64,000 bases of DNA from Jatrophihabitantaceae bacterium. GTDB lineage: Bacteria > Actinomycetota > Actinomycetes > Mycobacteriales > Jatrophihabitantaceae. This document shows positions 46,947-55,635 of the stretch, piece by piece. A model generated the notes under the pieces. That model saw only the letters and a program-made list of their open reading frames with translations. It made no database searches and was not told the DNA's origin. Position numbers and translations under genes: made by a program. The number at the start of each line of letters is the position of its first letter. Within the stretch, counting starts at the first letter, position 1. The stretch is taken from assembly GCA_035263725.1 (NCBI GenBank), contig DATFRC010000054.1, positions 38 through 64,037 on the forward strand, written 5' to 3'.

Positions 46947-48234
46947 CGGCGGCGTCCCGGGCGCACCGGAAGCCGGCGAAGATCTGCCGGCGGATCGGGT
47001 AGTCCCAGTTGCGGAACGTACCGCGGACGGCGGAGCGGTCGGCTGCCCACGAGCCACCGCGCAGCACCTTGTACTCGTCGCCAAAGAAGACCTCGGAGTA
47101 CTCGCGGTACGGGAATGCGACGAATCCAGGTGGGCGGCTGAAGTCGCTGGCCGTCCACTCCCAAACGTCGCCGATGAGCTGGTGCACACCGAGCGGCGAG
47201 GCGCCGTCCGGGTACGAGCCGACCGGTGCCGGCTGAAGGTACGCGCCGCCTAGATTCGCATGCCGGGCTTCGGGGTCGGCGTCGCCCCATGGGTACCGGC
47301 GGGAGCGGCCCGTCGCCGGATCCCAGCGCGCCGCCTTCTCCCACTCGGCCTCGGTCGGCAGCCGCTTGCCGGCCCACCGTGCGTACGCGTCCGCCTCGTA
47401 CCAGCTCACGTGCTGCACCGGCTCGTCTAGTGGCACCGGCTCGTCCACCCCGAACCGGCGCCGCCACCACTGCGCGCCCTCGCGCCGCCAGAACAGCGGC
47501 GCGGCCAGACTTGCCGAGACTCGGTGTGCCCAGCCCTCGGGCGTCCACCAGCGCGGGTCGTCGTAGCCTGCGTCCGCGATGAACGCGATGTAGTCGGCGT
47601 TCGACACGGGCACCATGTCGATCCAGTACGCCGACGTATGGACGGCACGGGCAGGCCGTTCGTTGTCGAGCGCCCACGGCTCGACGTCTGTGCCCATGGT
47701 GAACGTCCCGTCCGGAATGAGCACCTCGCGCGGGAGGTCGCGATCACGAGGCGGATTCGGCGGCTCGGCGGAAAGCGCCGGAACGCCTTGCCGCAGCTGA
47801 TGGGTAGCCATCATCGTCTCGTCGTGCTGCTGCTCGTGCTGCACGATCATGCCGAAGGCAAAACCCTGGTCGATGAGACGACGGCCCTCCAGGGCGGTCC
47901 CGTCGAGAACGTCGAGCACCTTGTCGCGCACCGTACCGACGTAGGCGCGGGCCTCGGCCGGGCCGAGCAGCGGCAGACTCGGCCGGTCGCGTCGCGGGTG
48001 CTGGAACGCGTCGTAGAGGTTGTCGATGTCGGCACGAATCGGCTCGCGGCCCCCCACGTCACGCACCAGCCAGAGTTCCTCCTGGTTGCCGATGTGCGCG
48101 TAGTCCCAGACGAGTGGCGACATCAGGGGCGAGTGCTGCCGGGTCAGGTCGTGGTCGTCGACCGCCTGGGTCAGGGCGTCGCTGCGCCGGCGGGCGCGGA
48201 TCAGTTCGTGGGCGATGTCCTCTTTCAGTCTCAT
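46939..48234 (-). CDS. egtB: Hercynine oxygenase / sulfoxide synthase
   Basis: The N-terminal half is DinB-like. The C-terminal domain is FGE-sulfatase-like (GDVWEWTASDF...LRGGSWA). ATG 48234 overlaps the egtA stop. Confidence 0.88.
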   Translation of the reverse strand: MRLKEDIAHELIRARRRSDALTQAVDDHDLTRQHSPLMSPLVWDYAHIGNQEELWLVRDVGGREPIRADIDNLYDAFQHPRRDRPSLPLLGPAEARAYVGTVRDKVLDVLDGTALEGRRLIDQGFAFGMIVQHEQQHDETMMATHQLRQGVPALSAEPPNPPRDRDLPREVLIPDGTFTMGTDVEPWALDNERPARAVHTSAYWIDMVPVSNADYIAFIADAGYDDPRWWTPEGWAHRVSASLAAPLFWRREGAQWWRRRFGVDEPVPLDEPVQHVSWYEADAYARWAGKRLPTEAEWEKAARWDPATGRSRRYPWGDADPEARHANLGGAYLQPAPVGSYPDGASPLGVHQLIGDVWEWTASDFSRPPGFVAFPYREYSEVFFGDEYKVLRGGSWAADRSAVRGTFRNWDYPIRRQIFAGFRCARDAADV

Positions 48235-49472
48235 GCGGCTTCCCAATCGTCGGCCGGGCAGCGCCCGCGAAGCGTGTATCGCTCGGTGAACTCGACGACG
48301 TGATCGCAGATGTGCGCCGGCTGGCCGGCGAGGCCGTCCAGTGCGATGCCGGCGAGTTCGCGCGCGGCCCGGGCCAGCGCCACGTCGCTCAGCCCGTAAC
48401 GCGCCGCGTCGAACCAGCGGCCTGCCACCGGCTCGGCCGCCGCGGTGGCCAGGTCGCGAGCGAGCGCGGTGGCGGTAAGCGCCCAGGTAATGGCCGCCGC
48501 CGCGATCCAGTTGTCACCGGCCTGTGCGTCGAGGTAGCGCACCTCGAGGTGCCCGGCCGCACGCACAGGCGGGAACAGCGTCGACAGGTGGTAGGCCAGG
48601 TCGTCGTAGGTCGGCGCGGGGTCCATCGCACCGGCGATCCAATCGGCGAACGTCACTCCCGGCGGCGCAGACCAGCGCCCGCCGTCGCGCCGGACGCAGA
48701 GCAACGGGGCGTCCAGCGCGTAGCGTGCGTACGCCTCACGTGGATCGGCGCCCTGTGGTGGAGCGGTGCGGTGCGGGTCAATATCCAGCCAAGCTGCCTG
48801 CCGGGACGATCGCCATCCCGTGCGATGCCCGGCCAGGACCGGCGAGTTGGCGAACATGGCCACGAGCACCGGCCCGATCGCATGCAGGGTGCGCCACCGG
48901 TCGGCGAACGACTCCGTGTCACCGGCGTCAAGGCAGGGCTGCACCGCGGCGGTAGCGCACATCATGGTCCGCCCGGACGGTCCGCGGCGGTCGAAGTACG
49001 CCTCCATGGCGGCATAGCGCGGGACGTCGAGCAGCCGAGTGGGCAACCGGTGAGGGTCGGCCCCCGCGCCCAACGTGGAGAGCCCGGCCTGCGCGAGACG
49101 AGCGGTGAGCATTCCGGCGTCGGCGGCCGCGGCGGCGAGACACGCGGCAAGGCTGGGAGCGGGGAGAGTGGAGATTTCGACCTGCCCGCCGGGTTCGACG
49201 GTAACCGCCGAGCCGTTCGGCAACGGGGCCTGGGGAGCGGGCGGGTCGCGCAACGCCGGTGGGCACCAGGGCCCGAGAGCGGCGGCGAGACGAGCGGGTG
49301 AGACGGGACTTGCGGGCTTGCGCTGATCGTGAACGAGCCACTCGAGCTCGAGGCCGACCAGCCGGGGGGGACCGATCTTGAAACAGATCCGCGTGATATA
49401 AGCCTCCGCGGCCTCGCGATGAGGCATGATTTCGGCGGCTTCGTCGCAGGCAGATGGTGCGCAATCCGGCAT
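48231..49472 (-). CDS. egtA: Glutamate-cysteine ligase family 2
   Basis: Contains GLELEWLVHD. A strong AAGGAGGA Shine-Dalgarno sequence precedes ATG 49472. Confidence 0.85.
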   Translation of the reverse strand: MPDCAPSACDEAAEIMPHREAAEAYITRICFKIGPPRLVGLELEWLVHDQRKPASPVSPARLAAALGPWCPPALRDPPAPQAPLPNGSAVTVEPGGQVEISTLPAPSLAACLAAAAADAGMLTARLAQAGLSTLGAGADPHRLPTRLLDVPRYAAMEAYFDRRGPSGRTMMCATAAVQPCLDAGDTESFADRWRTLHAIGPVLVAMFANSPVLAGHRTGWRSSRQAAWLDIDPHRTAPPQGADPREAYARYALDAPLLCVRRDGGRWSAPPGVTFADWIAGAMDPAPTYDDLAYHLSTLFPPVRAAGHLEVRYLDAQAGDNWIAAAAITWALTATALARDLATAAAEPVAGRWFDAARYGLSDVALARAARELAGIALDGLAGQPAHICDHVVEFTERYTLRGRCPADDWEAA

Positions 49473-49676
49473 GCTTCCTCCTTGGGTCTCTTTCGTGCTT
49501 ACCTTGGCGGGCGGGGCTTCGTCCACCGCAATGGCGCGACGTTCAGCTTCACGTAAGGCACCGACAACGTGTCGTGTAGCGCAACGGGCGTCCCATCGGT
49601 CACAATGTGCACGCACGCACCACTGCTTTACGGCCCGTCGGGGAAGGCGTCGCCGTCGAGTCAGTGGAGGTGTGCG

Positions 49677-50195
49677 ATGACGAGCGCCCGGCGCACTACA
49701 CCCGTCACTACGAGTGGCGTGGTGTTTCTGCACTGCTGCCCTGCCGCGATCGCGCCGCATGTCGAGTGGGCGATCGCCGGCGTGCTCGGCCGGCCGGTCC
49801 GGCTGCAGTGGACCGGTCAGCCCATCGCCCCGTCGCATCTGCGCGCCGAGGCCGACTGGTCCGGGCCGATCGGCACCGGCGCACGTATCGCAGCCTCGCT
49901 ACGCGCGTGGCCGATGCTCGTCTTCGAGATCACCGAGGACGGCACCGCGGCCAGCGACGGGGAGCGGCTGGCGTACGTGCCCGGCCGGGGCTTCCACCGC
50001 AGCGCGATGTCGGCCAACGGCGACATCGTCGTCGGTGAGGAACGGCTGCGCGGGCTCGCCACCCGAGCCCGTTCCGCGGACGATTACGCCCACGGGCTCG
50101 CCGAGCTTCTCGGTGCCGCGTGGGACGCCGAGCTCGAGCCCTACCGGCAGGCCGGCGAAGGCGCCCCTGTCACGCTGCTCCACCAGGTCGGCTGA
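49677..50195 (+). CDS. DUF3145 domain protein
   Basis: VVFLHCCPAAIAPHVEWAIAGVLGRPVRLQWTGQP... A GGAGG sequence precedes ATG 49677. Confidence 0.7.
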   Translation: MTSARRTTPVTTSGVVFLHCCPAAIAPHVEWAIAGVLGRPVRLQWTGQPIAPSHLRAEADWSGPIGTGARIAASLRAWPMLVFEITEDGTAASDGERLAYVPGRGFHRSAMSANGDIVVGEERLRGLATRARSADDYAHGLAELLGAAWDAELEPYRQAGEGAPVTLLHQVG

Positions 50196-50247
50196 TCCCA
50201 GCACTGACGGCCCGCCAGCTCCCAGCCACTCCAGCCACTTCCCGGCA

Positions 50248-50292
50248 TGATCTTGGACTTCTGGTCGTTATTCAGCCACAACTCCAAGATCA
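50248..50292. repeat. 45-nt palindromic element, copy 2
   Basis: TGATCTTGGACTTCTGG-tcgttattcag-CCACAACTCCAAGATCA. The architecture matches copy 1 with 2 arm substitutions. It lies between the convergent DUF3145 and accD genes. Confidence 0.9.
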
Positions 50293-50368
50293 CGCTGAAG
50301 CGTGGCGCTTGCGCTCGGGTCTGCGCGAGGCCCCTTGCGGGCCCGCGCAGACCCGATCCGGGCCGGAT

Positions 50369-51778
50369 TCAAAGGGGTATGTTGCCGTGGGCGCCGCGTC
50401 CGCAGGGCATCGACGCCAGCGCCTCGGCAACCGCCGTCCGCGTCCGGCTCGGTTCGATCACCGCGTCGACGACACCGATGTCCATGGCCCGGCTGACACC
50501 GCCGGCAATGCGCTCGTGTTCGGCCGCCAGCGCCGCGTGCAGCGCCTCGCGTTCGCCGGGCGGCGCCGCCGCCAGCTTCTTGCGGTGCAGGATGCCGACC
50601 GCTGCCGACGCGCCCATTACCGCGACTTCGGCGCCGGGCCAGGCGTAGACGGTGCTGGCGCCGAGCGAGCGAGCATTCATCGCGATATAGGCACCGCCGT
50701 AGGCCTTGCGGGTCACGAGCGTCACTCGCGGCACCACCGCTTCGCCGAACGCGTGCAGCAGCTTCGCGCCCCGGCGGACGATGCCGTCCCACTCCTGGCC
50801 GACACCGGGCAGATAGCCCGGCACGTCCACCAGCACGACGAGCGGGACACCGAATGCGTCGCACATCCGCACGAAGCGCGCGGCCTTCTCCGCGGACGGC
50901 GAGTCGAGGCAGCCACCAAGTCGCAGCGGGTTGTTGGCGATGACGCCGACCGTGCGTGATGCCAGCCGGCCCAGGCCGGTCACGATGTTCGGCGCCCACT
51001 TGGCATGCAGCTCGACGAACGTCGACTTGTCGAGGACGCCTTCGATCAGCGGGTGCACGTCGTAGGCACGTTTGGCGCTCTCCGGCAGCAGGGCGGCAAG
51101 GTCGGGGTCCGGCCCGAGCGCCTGTAGCTCGAATATGTGCTGCGACGCGAGAAGGGACGTGACGACCCGCGCCGTGTTGAGAGCGGCATCGTCGGTATCG
51201 GTGGTGATGTGGACGACACCGCTACGTCGGCCATGGGTATCGGCACCGCCCAGGGATTCCATGTCGACGTTCTCGCCGGTGACGCTGCGCACGACGTCCG
51301 GGCCGGTGACGAACACCCGCCCCGAGGTGGACATGATCACTAGGTCGGTGAGCGCCGGGCCGTAGGCGGCGCCACCGGCGGCCGGCCCCAGCACGACGGA
51401 AATCTGCGGCACACGTCCGGACGCGCGGATCATCGCCGCGAACACCTGCCCCACCGCGTCCAGCGCCTCGACACCGTCGGCCAGCCGGGCGCCGCCGCAG
51501 TGCCAGAGCCCGATCACCGGCACCCGCTCGCGGAGCGCCGTGTCGATCGCGTCGACGATGTATCGGCAGCCCACCGAGCCCATGGCACCACCCATCACCG
51601 TCGCATCGGTGGCGAAGGCGGTCACCGGCGCGCCGTCGATCGTGCCGCGTACCGCGAACACACCGCTCTTGTCGCGTGGGGAAAGGGGCTGCAACGAGCC
51701 TGGGTCGAGCAGCTTCGACAGGCGTAGCTCCGGGTCGCGGGGATCGACCTCGGGCGGTGCCTCCATCGTGAGCGTCAT
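50369..51778 (-). CDS. accD: Acyl-CoA carboxylase carboxyltransferase (beta) subunit, AccD6-like
   Basis: Has carboxyltransferase blocks (GGARLADGVEALD, GPAAGGAAYGPALTD) and is the last gene of the fab operon. Confidence 0.85.
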   Translation of the reverse strand: MTLTMEAPPEVDPRDPELRLSKLLDPGSLQPLSPRDKSGVFAVRGTIDGAPVTAFATDATVMGGAMGSVGCRYIVDAIDTALRERVPVIGLWHCGGARLADGVEALDAVGQVFAAMIRASGRVPQISVVLGPAAGGAAYGPALTDLVIMSTSGRVFVTGPDVVRSVTGENVDMESLGGADTHGRRSGVVHITTDTDDAALNTARVVTSLLASQHIFELQALGPDPDLAALLPESAKRAYDVHPLIEGVLDKSTFVELHAKWAPNIVTGLGRLASRTVGVIANNPLRLGGCLDSPSAEKAARFVRMCDAFGVPLVVLVDVPGYLPGVGQEWDGIVRRGAKLLHAFGEAVVPRVTLVTRKAYGGAYIAMNARSLGASTVYAWPGAEVAVMGASAAVGILHRKKLAAAPPGEREALHAALAAEHERIAGGVSRAMDIGVVDAVIEPSRTRTAVAEALASMPCGRGAHGNIPL

Positions 51779-51780
51779 GG

Positions 51781-53013
51781 TCACGCCTTTCGGAACAGGA
51801 CCGATGCGTTGTGTCCGCCGAAGCCGAACGAGTTGCAGATGGCGGCCGGCACCGGCATCGAGCGCGTCTGGGTGGGCACGTCGACGCACAGCTCGTCGTC
51901 GGGGTGCTGCAGGTTGATCGTCGGGGGGACGACGTCGTCCCGAACCGTAAGCACCGTGGCAATGCTCTCCACCGCACCGGCGGCGCCGATGAGGTGACCG
52001 GTCATGGATTTCGTGGCCGTGACCACGATCTGTTCGCCGAACAGCGCTGCCGCGGCGCGTGCTTCGCCCATGTCACCGGCGGGTGTCGAAGTGGCGTGCG
52101 CGTTGACGTGTACCACGTCCGCGGGACTGAGTCCGGAGCGCGACACGGCCAGCCGCATGGCTCGCTGCTGACCGGAGCCCGTCGGGTCGGGAGCTGTGAT
52201 GTGGTGGCTGTCGGACGTGATCCCGGCACCGGCCAGCACCGCGTACGGTGGCCGGCCACGCGCCTCGGCATCGCCGCGACGCTCCAGCACAAGCGCCCCT
52301 GCACCCTCGCCGATCACGAATCCGTCCCGGTCGCGATCGAAAGGGCGCGACGCGCCGGTCGGGTCGTCGTTGCGGGTGCTCATCGCCCGCATCTGCGCGA
52401 ACCCGCTGATCGTCAGCGGGTGAATCAATGCCTCGGTGCCGCCGACGACGACCAGGTCCGCCCGGTCGAGTTGGAGCAGGTCCAACCCGTAGGCGATGGC
52501 CTCTGCTCCGGAGGCGCAGGCGCTGACCGGCGTGAACACGCCGGCCCGCGCCCCGATCTTGAGACCGACGTACGCAGCGGGCCCGTTGGGCATGTCCATC
52601 GGGATCAGCATCGGGCTGACCTTGGTCGGGCCCCTCTCGAGGATCACGTCGTGCTGGGCGATCAGGCTGCCCACACCGCCGATGCCGGTGCCGATCACGA
52701 CGGCGACCCGCTCGGGCACCAGCCCGTTGTCCAGGGTGGTGCCGACGAAACCGGCGTCGGCCCAGGCCTCGTCGGCGGCGACGATGGCGGCCTGCTGCGC
52801 CCGATCCATCCGCCGGGCCTGCGCCCGAGGGAGGAGGTCGGCCGGCTCCACGGCCATGCGGGCCGCGATCCGCACCGCCATGTCGGCTGGCCAGTCCTCG
52901 GGCACCGCAGTCACTCCGGAGCGGCCGTTCAGCATGGCGTCCCAGGTGGACTTGACGTCACCGCCGAGAGGCGTCGTCGCGCCCACCCCCGTGACGACGA
53001 TCTCGTCGGTCAT
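51781..53013 (-). CDS. fabF: Beta-ketoacyl-ACP synthase II (KasA/FabF)
   Basis: Has the active-site blocks VSACASGAEA, NAHATSTPAGD and NSFGFGGHNASVLF. Confidence 0.92.
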   Translation of the reverse strand: MTDEIVVTGVGATTPLGGDVKSTWDAMLNGRSGVTAVPEDWPADMAVRIAARMAVEPADLLPRAQARRMDRAQQAAIVAADEAWADAGFVGTTLDNGLVPERVAVVIGTGIGGVGSLIAQHDVILERGPTKVSPMLIPMDMPNGPAAYVGLKIGARAGVFTPVSACASGAEAIAYGLDLLQLDRADLVVVGGTEALIHPLTISGFAQMRAMSTRNDDPTGASRPFDRDRDGFVIGEGAGALVLERRGDAEARGRPPYAVLAGAGITSDSHHITAPDPTGSGQQRAMRLAVSRSGLSPADVVHVNAHATSTPAGDMGEARAAAALFGEQIVVTATKSMTGHLIGAAGAVESIATVLTVRDDVVPPTINLQHPDDELCVDVPTQTRSMPVPAAICNSFGFGGHNASVLFRKA

Positions 53014-53025
53014 AGCGTCTCCCTC

Positions 53026-53271
53026 TCAGGCGTTGGACTGGATGAAGCTGACGGCGTCGCCGACCGTCTTGAGCTTGGGCAGCTCGTCGTCGGGGATCTT
53101 GACGCCGAACTTCTCCTCGGCGGCCATGGCCACCTCGACCATCGACAGTGAGTCGACGTCCAGGTCGTCGGTGAACGACTTGGCGTCGACCACGTCCTCG
53201 GGGGAAACGTCGGCAACTTCCTGAAGGATCTCGGCGAGTCCGGCGCGGATCTCGTCGGGGGAGGCTGGCAC
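53026..53271 (-). CDS. acpP: Acyl carrier protein
   Basis: 81 aa with the phosphopantetheine site DLDVDSLSMVE. Confidence 0.92.
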   Translation of the reverse strand: MPASPDEIRAGLAEILQEVADVSPEDVVDAKSFTDDLDVDSLSMVEVAMAAEEKFGVKIPDDELPKLKTVGDAVSFIQSNA

Positions 53272-53289
53272 TAGTTCGTTCCTTTCTTG

Positions 53290-54291
53290 TCAGGGAGCGA
53301 GGATGACTTGACTGGCGAAGGCGAGGCCGGAGCCGAAACCGAGCAGCAGCACCGGAGCCCCCGAAGGGATCTCGCCTCGTTCGACCATCTTGGACAGCGC
53401 GAGCGGAATCGTCGCTGCCGAAGTGTTGCCCGAGACCTGGACGTCGCGGGCCACGATGGCGTTCGGCGCGCCGAGCTTTTTGGCTAGCGCGTCGATCATG
53501 CGCAGGTTGGCCTGGTGCGGGACGAACGCGGCGATGTCGGCGAGGTCCACCTCCGCACGGCGGCACGCCTCGATCGCGACGGCCGGCATCCGCGACGTCG
53601 CCCAGCGGTAGACGGCCTGGCCTTCCTGGGCGAAGAAGCGCGTGTCCTCGTCGATGATCACGCTACGGGACTGGCCGCCGTCGCTGCCCCACACGATCGG
53701 GCCGATCGCCGGTTCGTCCGACGCCCCGACGACCGCGGCGCCGGCGCCGTCGGCGAGGATGATGCATGTCGAGCGGTCGGAGAAGTCCAGCCATCCTGAG
53801 AACCGCTCGGCCGCAACAACGAGGACGTTGCGGGCTTGGCCGATTTGCACCGTGGCCGCCGCGGTGTTCAGCGCGTAGACGAATCCGGAGCAGCCGGTGT
53901 TCAGGTCGTACGCGCCGGGAGCCGGGATGCCCAGCCGGCTCGCGAGCTCCGGGGCGGCGGCAGGGATCGGGGTCGGCATGGTGCAGGTGGTGACGATGAC
54001 GAGATCCACGTCGTCGGCCGCCACGCCGGCCGCGGCGAGTGCCTTGCTGGCGGCGTGCTCGGCCATGTCGACCACGGTCTCGTCCGGCTCCGCGTAGCGG
54101 CGCTCGACGATGCCCACCCGGCTGCGAATCCACTCGTCGGTGGTGTCGACACCGCGTGCGATCAGGTCGTCGTTGGTGACGACGTTGGCCGGCTGGTAGT
54201 GGCCCAGCCCGCGGATGCGTGCCTGCAAGCCGTTGCTCACAATGCCTCCCGGCTCTTCGTGCGGGCGCTCATCGCTGCGATGGTCATTCAC
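53290..54291 (-). CDS. fabH: Beta-ketoacyl-ACP synthase III
   Basis: Contains NTGCSGFVYAL, VPHQANLRMI and GNTSAATIPLAL. GTG 54291 overlaps the fabD stop (GTGA). An alternative GTG at 54240 follows GGGAGG. Confidence 0.88.
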   Translation of the reverse strand: MNDHRSDERPHEEPGGIVSNGLQARIRGLGHYQPANVVTNDDLIARGVDTTDEWIRSRVGIVERRYAEPDETVVDMAEHAASKALAAAGVAADDVDLVIVTTCTMPTPIPAAAPELASRLGIPAPGAYDLNTGCSGFVYALNTAAATVQIGQARNVLVVAAERFSGWLDFSDRSTCIILADGAGAAVVGASDEPAIGPIVWGSDGGQSRSVIIDEDTRFFAQEGQAVYRWATSRMPAVAIEACRRAEVDLADIAAFVPHQANLRMIDALAKKLGAPNAIVARDVQVSGNTSAATIPLALSKMVERGEIPSGAPVLLLGFGSGLAFASQVILAP

Positions 54292-55472
54292 GGCGCCTCC
54301 GTTCCATTGGAGAGCCGGGCTACGGGCAGGCCGGCGGCGACGATGTCGCCCTCGCGCCGCAGCCATTCGAGGAGAACGCCGGCGCTTCCCGCGACGATCG
54401 AGTGCTCCTCCCGGTTGGTGCGTACCGTGCCGAGCAGCGTGCCGCGGCGCAGCTGCGTTCCCTCTGCGACGGTCGCCGGCGTGAAGACGCCCTTGGCCGG
54501 TGCGACGACCACCTGGAAGTCGGGGGTGTACTCACCCTGCCCGTGCTGCGGTTGGCTCCTGATGAGGCGCCGCGCCGCATCGAGGTCGTCCGGCGTCTTC
54601 AGGGCTAGCAGCTCGACACCGGGCAGCTCACGTTTGGCGATGCCGGTCAACGTGCCTGCCGGCGGCAGTTCGACTGCGGCGCTGACGTTCAGGTCGCTCA
54701 GCGTGCGCAGGCACAGATCCCACCGCACCGGCAGGGTGACCTGAGCCACGAGGCGTTCTCGCAGCGCCGCGCCCTCAGCAACGGCGGTGCCGTCGGCGTT
54801 GGACAGCAGCAGATGGTGCGGGTCCGTAATATCCAGCGTGGCTGCGTAATCCTGCAATACCGCTTCGGCAGGCGCCATGTAGCTCGTGTGGAACGCGCCG
54901 GCGACCGGCAACGGGCGCACCCGAACGCCGGGCGGCGGTTCCGCGGCCAGTTTGGCCAGGTCGGAAAGCGCGCCAGCGGAGACGATCTGCCCTGCGCCGT
55001 TGCGGTTGGCCGGCGTGAGCCCGGCGGCTTCGATCGCGGCGACCACCTCGTCCGGGTCGCCGCCGAGCAGCGCGGACATCCCCGTCGGCACGAGCGCGCA
55101 CGCGGCCGCCATGGCTGCGCCGCGGCGGGCGGCGAACCCGACCGCCGCACGCGGCGCTAGTGCGCCGGCCACGGACGCCGCGGTCAGCTCGCCGACGCTG
55201 TGGCCGGCGACCACCGACGCTCCGGCGCTCGCGTCGTCCAGGCCGAGGTGCGGGGCCGCGAGTAGCCCCAGCGCGACGATCAGCGGCTGGGTGACGGCGG
55301 TGTCCTTGATCTCGTCGGCGTCGGCGGTGGTGCCGAGTCGCAGCAGGTCCAGGCCGGCGACCTCACTCAGCTCGCCGACGAGCTCCGGTGCGCCGGGCAG
55401 GTCCAGCCACGGGGCGAGCATCCCGGGACTCTGTGCCCCCTGTCCAGGAGCGAGCACGGCGATCACGCCCAT
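54288..55472 (-). CDS. fabD: ACP S-malonyltransferase with a ~85-aa C-terminal biotinyl/lipoyl-like extension
   Basis: Contains VLAPGQGAQSPGML, GHSVGELTAA and AFHTSYM. The extra C-terminal domain is described under findings. An alternative GTG start is at 55493. Confidence 0.85.
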   Translation of the reverse strand: MGVIAVLAPGQGAQSPGMLAPWLDLPGAPELVGELSEVAGLDLLRLGTTADADEIKDTAVTQPLIVALGLLAAPHLGLDDASAGASVVAGHSVGELTAASVAGALAPRAAVGFAARRGAAMAAACALVPTGMSALLGGDPDEVVAAIEAAGLTPANRNGAGQIVSAGALSDLAKLAAEPPPGVRVRPLPVAGAFHTSYMAPAEAVLQDYAATLDITDPHHLLLSNADGTAVAEGAALRERLVAQVTLPVRWDLCLRTLSDLNVSAAVELPPAGTLTGIAKRELPGVELLALKTPDDLDAARRLIRSQPQHGQGEYTPDFQVVVAPAKGVFTPATVAEGTQLRRGTLLGTVRTNREEHSIVAGSAGVLLEWLRREGDIVAAGLPVARLSNGTEAP

Positions 55473-55534
55473 GACGATTCCCGGTTTGCGCACCCCGTCG
55501 CGATGGTGGGACGCACAGCGTTGCGGCCCGGGTT

Positions 55535-55553
55535 GTTGTAGGAGTCCTACAAC
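55535..55553. promoter_or_regulatory. 19-bp perfect palindrome upstream of fabD (candidate MabR/FasR operator)
   Basis: GTTGTAGGA-G-TCCTACAAC. The half-site TGTAGGAG recurs at 55592-55599. Confidence 0.4.
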
Positions 55554-55635
55554 GACGCGTGCCAGTGCCCTAGAGAGTTATCGCTGCGGACTGTAGGAGA
55601 TTAACCAAGTAACAGGACGGCAAAGCTTTCGAGGC

